A stretch of 64,000 nt of DNA from an uncultured Alphaproteobacteria bacterium. Its GTDB lineage: Bacteria; Pseudomonadota; Alphaproteobacteria; Rhizobiales; Xanthobacteraceae. Positions 56,550-64,000 of the stretch are shown here, in pieces. The translations under genes and the position numbers were made by a program. Within the stretch, counting starts at the first letter, position 1. Every line of letters starts with the position of its first letter. The notes beneath the pieces are model-generated. The model did no database searches, was not told the origin of the DNA, and saw only the letters and a list, made by a program, of their open reading frames with translations. The DNA lies in contig CAVSNN010000002.1 in NCBI GenBank assembly GCA_963729335.1, positions 326,475 through 390,474 on the forward strand. Reading direction: 5' to 3'.

Positions 56550-57690
56550 ATGACCCCGGCGGCGTTTGCTCGCGCAATGCTCCCGCTCGCCATTGCGGCC
56601 GCGCTGGCGGCCTGCGGCCAGAAAAACCAGTACGCCGCGCCGCCGCCGCCCAAGGTCACGGTCGCGGCGCCCGTCGTGCAACCGGTCTCGCTTTATTTCG
56701 AGGCGACCGGCAATACCGCGGCGGTCAATTCGGTCGATCTGGTCGCGCGCGTGCAGGGCTTCGTGCAGGCGATCAGCTATAACGACGGCGACTTCGTGAA
56801 AAAGGGCACCTCGCTGTTCACCATCGAGCCGGAGCCCTACAAGCTTAAAGTGGACGCCGCGAAGTCTGCCGTCACCAGCGCCCAAGCCACGCTGACGCAG
56901 ACCCAGGCGGCGTTTCAGCGCCAGGCCGACCTTATTACGAGACAAGTCTCGACTCAGGCCAATTACGATCAAGGCGCTGGCGCAGCGCGACTCCGCGCAA
57001 GCGGATTTGCAATCGGCGCAGGCCAACGAGCAGCAGGCCGAAATCGATCTCGGCTATACCGACGTGACCGCGCCGTTCGACGGCGTGGTGACGGCGCGTC
57101 AGGTCTCGGTCGGCGAACTGGTCGGCGCCGGTTCGCCCACCGTGCTCGCCACCATCGTGCAACTCGATCCGATCTACGTGAATTTCACCGCCAGCGAACG
57201 CGATGTGCTGCAAGTGCGCGCCGATCTCGCGAGGCGCGGCGAAACCACGGCGGCTCTGCTCGGCCTTCCCGTCGAAGTGGGCTTGCAGAACGAGAGCGGC
57301 TATCCGCACCGCGGCAAGCTCGACTACATCGCGCCGAACGTCGATCCGTCGACCGGAACGCTGGCGGCCCGCGCCAGCCTGGAGAACGCCGGCCGCACGC
57401 TGTTGCCGGGCTATTTCGTGCGGGTGCGCATCGCGTCGCGGCCGGCGCCGGCGCTGCTGGTGCCCGACGTCGCGATCGGCAGCGACCAGGGCGGCCGCTA
57501 TGTGCTCGTCGTCAACAAGGACGGTGTCGTCGAGCAGCGCAAAGTCGAACCCGGACAGCTGGTCGGCGATCTGCGCGTGATCGAAAGCGGGCTGACCGCG
57601 GACGACCGGGTGGTGGTCGGCGGCATCATGCGCGCCATCCCCGGCGAGAAGGTCGATGCCGAGCAGCGCTCCGCGTCGGCGGCGAACTAG
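56550..57690 (+). pseudogene. RND efflux periplasmic adaptor (membrane fusion protein), one frame change as sequenced
   Basis: Lipoprotein-like N-terminus MTPAAFARAMLPLAIAAALAACG, then VARVQGFVQAISYNDGDFVKKGTSLFTIEP. After about 56975 it continues in ORF 57007..57690 (IDLGYTDVTAPFDGVVTARQVSVGELV...). Confidence 0.8.
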
Positions 57691-57706
57691 CGCGCGATGA
57701 ACCGGC

Positions 57707-60700
57707 GATGATCTCGAAATTCTTCATCGAGCGTCCGGTTCTGGCGAACGTTCTCGCCATCCTGATGATTTTGATCGGCGCGGTCGCGCTCTACGACCTG
57801 CCGGTCGCGCAATATCCCGACGTGGTGCCGCCGACCGTGCAGGTGACCACACGCTATCCCGGCGCCAGCGCGCGCACGGTGATGGATACGGTGGCGCTGC
57901 CGATCGAGCAGCAGGTCAACGGCGTCGAGAATATGATCTATATGCAGTCGACCAGCGCCAGCGACGGCAGCTATACGCTGACGGTCACTTTCAAGATCGG
58001 CACCGACCTCGATGCGGCGCAAATCCTGGTGCAGAACCGCGTGGCGAGCGCGCTGTCGTCCTTGCCGCAGGCGGTCCAGGCGCAGGGCGTCACCGTTCAG
58101 AAGCGTTCGACCGCGATCCTGCTGTTCGTCACTTTGACCTCGCCCGACGGCCGCTACGACAGCCTGTATCTCGCCAACTACGCCACCATCAATCTCAAGG
58201 ACGAATTGGCGCGGCTTCCCGGCGTCGGCAACGTCAACGTGTTCGGCGCCGGCCAGTATTCGATGCGGGTGTGGCTCGATCCGGAAAAGCTGAAGGCGCG
58301 GAGCCTGGACGCGCGGGACGTGGTGGCGGCGCTGCAACAGCAGAGCCAGGACGTGACGGCCGGCCAGGTCGGCATGCCGCCGACGCCGCCCGGCGTCGAT
58401 TTCCAATACACCATCGACGTGCAGGGCCGGCTCACCAACGTCGACGAATACGAAAACGTCATCGTCAAGACCGGCAACAACGGCGAAGTCACGCGCTTGC
58501 GCGACGTCGGCCGCGTCGAGCTTGGGGCGCAAACCTACGGCCAGTATTTCACGCTCGACGGCAAGCAGGCGGCCGGCATCGGCATCTATCAGTCGCCCGG
58601 CGCCAACGCGCTCGACGTCGAGCGCGCGGTCAAGGCCAAGATGGCGGAACTGGCGCGGCAATTCCCGCAGGGCCTGGTCTATTCGGTGCCGTTCGACACC
58701 ACGGTGTTCGTCAAGGCTTCGATCCACGAAGTCTACAAGACGCTGATCGAGGCGGCGGTGCTGGTGCTGATCGTCATTCTCATTTTTCTCCAGGACTGGC
58801 GCGCCATGCTGGTGCCGGCGACGACGGTGCCGGTGACCATCGTCGGCGCCTTTGCGATGATGTGGGCGCTGGGCTTCACCGTCAATTTTTCCACGTTGTT
58901 CGCGATCGTGCTGTCGATCGGCATCGTGGTCGACGACGCCATCGTCGTGGTCGAGGGCGCCGCGCACAATGTCGAAAAGGGCATGAGCGGGCATGACGCC
59001 GCGATCAAGGCGATGAACGAGCTGTTGGGGCCGATCATCGGCATCACGCTGGTGCTGATGTCGGTGTTTCTGCCGGCGGCGTTCCTGCCGGGACTGACCG
59101 GGCGCATGTATGCGCAGTTCGCCCTGGTGATCGCGGCCACCGCGCTGCTCTCCGCGATCAACGCGGTGACGCTCAAACCGACGCAAGCGGCGATGTGGCT
59201 GCGTCCGCCGGTCGCCCCCGAACGGCGCAACGCGTTCTACCGCGGCTTCAATGCGATCTATGGCCGGCTTGAGCGCGACTATGCCGGTCTCATTCATCAC
59301 ATGGTCAAGCATGCCGGCCCGATGACCGTCGTCGCTTTTGCGATCATGGCGGTTGCGTTCTGGGGGCTGTCGCGCGTGCCGACCGGTTTTCTGCCGATCG
59401 AGGACCAGGGTTATATTCTGGTCAGCGTTCAGCTCCCCGACGGCGCCTCGCTCGCGCGCACCCGCAACGCGATGGAACAGGTCTCCGCGATCGCGCGCAA
59501 GGATCCGAGCGTCGATCAGGTAATCGCGATTTCCGGCATCTCGGTGCTGGACAACAGCGCTCCGCTCGCCAATGCCGGCGTCGCCTATGTGGTGCTCAAG
59601 GATTGGAGCGCGCGCGACAGCCTGCGCACGATTTTTGCCCGCCTGACGCCGGCGCTCGATGCCGTCGATGCCCGCGTGATCGTGCTGCCGCCGCCGCCGA
59701 TCCAGGGCATCGGCAATGCCGGCGGCTTCACCATGCAGGTCGAGCTGCGCGACGGCAGCACCGATTTCGCCAAGCTGCAAGGCATCACCGACACCATCGT
59801 CGCGAATGCGCAGTCGCAGAGCGCGCTGCAACGCGTCTCGACCTCGTTCCGCGCCGTCGCGCCGCAATTTCGCGTCGAGGTCGACCGCGTCAAGGCGCAG
59901 ACGCTCGCGTTTCGGTCGACCAGGTGTTCGCGACGCTGGCGACCTATTTCGGCTCGAATTATGTCGCGCAGTTCAATAAGTTCGGCCGCGTCTTTCAGGT
60001 CTACGCCCAGGCCGACGCCGAAGTTCCGGTTGCGGCCGCGGGACATCGAGAACCTTGCGGTGCGCAACCAGCAGGGCGACATGATCCCGCTCGGGACGAT
60101 GGTCAAGATCGAACCCGTGGTCGGGCCGCCCTTGATCGGTCTCTACAATCTCTATCCGTCATCGAGCGTCATCGGGCTGCCGGCGGCGGGCTTCAGTTCC
60201 GGCGAGGCGATCGGTCTGATGGAGAGAATGCGGCGGCGACGTTGCCGCCGGGCACCGGCAGCGAATGGACCGCCATGTCCTATCAGGAGAAGATCGTCGG
60301 CAATCAGATGTATTTCGTGTTCGCGATGGCGATGCTGCTGGTTTATCTGGTGCTCGCCGGCCAATACGAGAGCTGGTATGCGCCGCTCGCGGTCATCCTT
60401 TCGGTCCCGCTCGCGCTGACCGGGCCGGTGCTGGTGCTCGAAATGCTGCGCATCGACAACAATCTTTACACCCAGATCGGCATGATCCTGCTGATCGCGC
60501 TCTCGGCGAAGAACGCGATTCTGATCGTCGAGGTCGCGCGCGAGCACCGCGTGCACGACGGCAAGCCGATTCTCGAAGCGGCGGTGGACGCCGCCCGCGC
60601 GCGGTTCCGGCCGATCCTGATGACCTCGTTTGCGTTCATCCTCGGCGTCGCGCCGCTGGTGATCGCCAGCGGCGCCGGCGCCAGCGCCCGCAAATCGATC

Positions 60701-60928
60701 GGCATCACCGTGTTCAGCGGCATGATCGCCTCGACCTGCCTGGCGGTGCTGTTCGTGCCGTCGCTGTTCGTGGTGGTGCAGCGGTTCGAGGAATGGCGCG
60801 CCGCCCGCAAGAAGCCGCGCAAATCCAGCCCGCCGAATAGCCGATGCGGCGCACGGTCACGGCGCGCCGCGATCCGGCCACAGTCACAATTTGGACGCAG
60901 GACGGGCTATGGTAGGATGGGCAAGTAG
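57707..60928 (+). pseudogene. RND (AcrB/HAE1-type) efflux permease, three or more frame changes as sequenced
   Basis: MISKFFIERPVLANVLAILMILIGAVALYDLPVAQYPDVVPPTVQV, continuing through the typical 12-TM architecture. Breaks near 59905, 60030 and 60225. The true stop may be 60840 rather than 60928. No outer-membrane factor gene is adjacent. Confidence 0.8.
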
Positions 60929-60968
60929 ACATGGGCAAACACCGAAATCCCATAAAGCCGCAAAAGCG

Positions 60969-62037
60969 ATGATCCGCTCGGTCTCTGTCTTCGTGCTCGC
61001 GTTCGCGTGCATGCTGTGGGCCGGCGCCGCCGCGCGCGCAAGATTCGCCAAGCCGACCTGTTGACCCGCGTCGATCGCACTGGCTCGAGAGACGATCCGC
61101 GATCTCACCGGCCGGTCGAGCAGTTGCAATACCGCAATCAGCAGCTCGAGCAGCAGGTGCAGCGCCTGCAGGATCAGATGCAGCGGCGGCGGCGCGGCCG
61201 TCGGTTCGACCTCGCTGCCGCCGCCGACGGTCCGCAATATTCCCCGCCGCCGGCTCGGCGCCGCAATATTCGCCGCCCGCGCCAATGCACAATACGCCCC
61301 GCCGCCGCCATATGCGCCGCCGCGGCGCCGGCCGCCGCGCCGGTCGCGCCGCGGCGCCGGTCGCGTCGGCCGGCGCCGACCAGGCGCCGGGCCGACGCGT
61401 TCGATCCGGCGCTCAATCCGAACGCGCCGGGGGCGCCGCGCCCGCTCGGCGCCAGCACCGACGCGGCCGAGCCGCCGCCGGCGGTACGCGCGATACGCTC
61501 CGGCGCCGCGGCAACCCGGCGCGCCGCTCGATCTGTCGAGCATCTGTCCGCGCCGCAAGCCGGCGCCGCGCCGGGCGGCGCATCTGCCGCCGCCGCCGCC
61601 CGCCAATCCGAGCGCGACCGGCGCCATGCGCAGGCGGCACTGCCGCCGAGCAACACGCCCAAGGACGAATACGATCTCGCTTACGGCTACGTGCTGCACA
61701 AGGACTACGACGCCGCCGCGGAGACGTTCCGCGACTTCCTGCACAAATATCCGAGCGACCGGCTGACGCCGGAGGCGCAATATTGGCTCGGCGAAAGCCT
61801 GTTTCAGGCACAAGCAATATCGCGACGCCGCCGAATCGTTCCTCGCGGTCTCGACCAAATACGAGACCACCGCGCGCGCGCCCGACGCGCTGTTGCGGCT
61901 CGGCCAATCGCTCGCCGCGCTGGGCGAGAAGGAAGCCGCCTGCGCCTCGCTGGGCGAAGTCTTGCGCAAATATCCGCACGCTTCGATCGAGCGTGAAGCA
62001 GGGCGTGGACCGGGAACAAAAGCGTGTCCACTGCTGA
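60969..62037 (+). pseudogene. cpoB: cell division coordinator CpoB (YbgF), several frame changes as sequenced
   Basis: Signal peptide MIRSVSVFVLAFACMLWAGAAARA, coiled coil VEQLQYRNQQLEQQVQRLQDQMQ, a Pro/Ala-rich spacer, and a TPR/YbgF domain KDEYDLAYGYVLHKDYDAAAETFRDFLHKYPSDRLTPEAQYWLGESLF...APDALLRLGQSLAALGEKEAACASLGEVLRKYPHAS. Confidence 0.7.
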
Positions 62038-63093
62038 ACACGCCGTTCGCGACGACGAAGCGAACGCGCTGTTCTCCGGTCTGGAAAATTTGCGCGGGCT
62101 CATCCTCGCGGTCTCCGGCGGTCCGGATTCGACGGCGCTCTTGGTGCTTCGCGGCGCGCTGGGCGAAGCGGCGCAAGCGCGCGCCGAAACTTATCGCCGT
62201 CACCGTCGATCACGGCTTGCGCGCCGAAGCGGCGGGCGAGGCGGCCGCGGTCAAGCGTCTGGCGCGCCGGCTCGGCGTCGCGCACCGCACGCTGCGCTGG
62301 CGCGGCAAGAAACCCAAATCCGGCTTGCAGGAAGCCGCGCGCATCGCGCGCTATCGGCTGTTGGCGCAAGCCGCCGAACGGGCGGGCTACGAGCATATCC
62401 TGACCGCGCACACGCTCGACGATCAGGCGGAGACGGTGCTGTTCCGTCTCGCCCGCGGCAGCGGGCTCGGCGGACTTGCCGGCATGGCGCCGTCCTCGCT
62501 GTTGCCCAAAGTCTTGCCGCCGCGGGGCGGGCGCGATTTTTCTGGTGCGTCCGCTGCTGCACCGTCGCCAAGGCGCGGCTGATCGCGACGCTCAAGGCGG
62601 CGGGCATCGCCTATAGCGAGGATCCGACCAATCGCGATCCGCGCTTTACCCGCGCGCGGCTGCGCAAATTGATGCCGGCGCTGGCGCGCGAGGGACTCGA
62701 TGCGCGCGGCCTGGCGCGGCTGGCCGCGCGGATGCGGCGCGCCGAATTGGCCATCGAATTCGCCGTCGCCGCCGCGCGCGCGGCGCTCGCGCCGGGCCGG
62801 TGGCGCGAATGCGGTCCGGTCGGTTTTCGACCGCGCAATTCGCGGGCCTGCCCGCCGAGGTGGCGCTGCGGCTGCTCGGCCGCGCCATCGCCCATGCCGG
62901 CGACGAGGGCCCGGTCGAGCTCGGCAAGCTTGAAGCGCTTTATGACGGCCTGCGGCAGGCCCATTCCCGGCTGCGCCGGACGCTCGCCGGGGCGCTGATT
63001 ACGCTCGATCCCGACCGGATCGCGGTCGAACGCGCACCCGCGCGCCGCAATCCAGCCATGCGCAGCGGCCGCAACAGGCGCTTTACGAAATAG
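62024..63093 (+). pseudogene. tilS: tRNA(Ile)-lysidine synthetase TilS, several frame changes as sequenced
   Basis: PP-loop LILAVSGGPDSTALL in ORF 62024.., LIAVTVDHGLRAEAAGEAAAV...ILTAHTLDDQAETVLFRLARGSG in ORF 61893.., and the C-terminal part in ORFs 62024.. and 62800..63093. Confidence 0.75.
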
Positions 63094-63239
63094 CCGTATA
63101 ATGGGGCCGTTACGGGGTGCTTCCCTTGGCAGGGGGCGGTCGGACGCCTACATTGCCGGCTATTGGGGACGTGAAGCCGCCACGATGCGTCGGCATACCA
63201 TAGCCGCCGGACTGCGCGCCCTTGGCGCAAGGACATAAG

Positions 63240-64000
<761 letters not shown>

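Noticed and set aside
56481-60419. 1312-aa ORF suggesting a fused adaptor-RND giant protein.
   Set aside because: Its central 230 residues are Arg-rich out-of-frame adaptor sequence. The true adaptor continues in ORF 57007..57690 and stops at 57690, and the pump has its own ATG at 57707.

Overview
High-GC (roughly two thirds G+C on hand-counted lines) alphaproteobacterial chromosome segment. Gene content and intergenic repeat families look like Hyphomicrobiales (Bradyrhizobiaceae/Xanthobacteraceae-like). Most of it is core housekeeping: thrB-rnhA, peroxiredoxin, yqgE, rcdA, rpmE, suhB, thiE, tkt and gap-pgk-fba, zapA-6S RNA-ygfA, yebC-ruvCAB, and ybgC-tolQRAB-pal-cpoB-tilS-ftsH. This backbone is broken up by accessory insertions: (1) an IS630-family element next to a HigB/HigA-like module; (2) a ParE/antitoxin pair; (3) a 10.5-kb block between tkt and gap (four-GAF histidine kinase, bdhA-adc-patatin, UPF0182, cytochrome c); (4) a deaminase gene inside ruvA-ruvB; (5) a 0.7-kb low-GC two-gene cassette bracketed by a diverged duplicate of the ruvB 3' end; (6) a 4.8-kb lower-GC island between ybgC and tolQ (B12-binding radical SAM, small secreted protein, PhyH-like dioxygenase); (7) an RND efflux pair between pal and cpoB. 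Non-coding content includes a 6S RNA in its conserved synteny, a candidate terminator-bearing sRNA with anti-SD motifs, a (GACGACA)x21 array with inverted copies, and at least three palindromic REP-like families, some read through by coding frames. Two stretches (24.3-29.8 kb and 48.4-64 kb) carry many frame changes in conserved, mostly essential genes. These are most likely consensus indel errors, so those genes are given as whole loci with approximate break points. I saw no rRNA, tRNA or CRISPR array, and no complete recognisable defence, secretion or biosynthetic system. The best novelty candidates are the ruvB-tail-duplicating cassette with its two orphan genes, the ybgC-tolQ island, the repeat-bracketed Cys-rich secreted protein, and the REP/coding-frame interactions. 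All coordinates of starts, repeats and frame changes were placed by eye.
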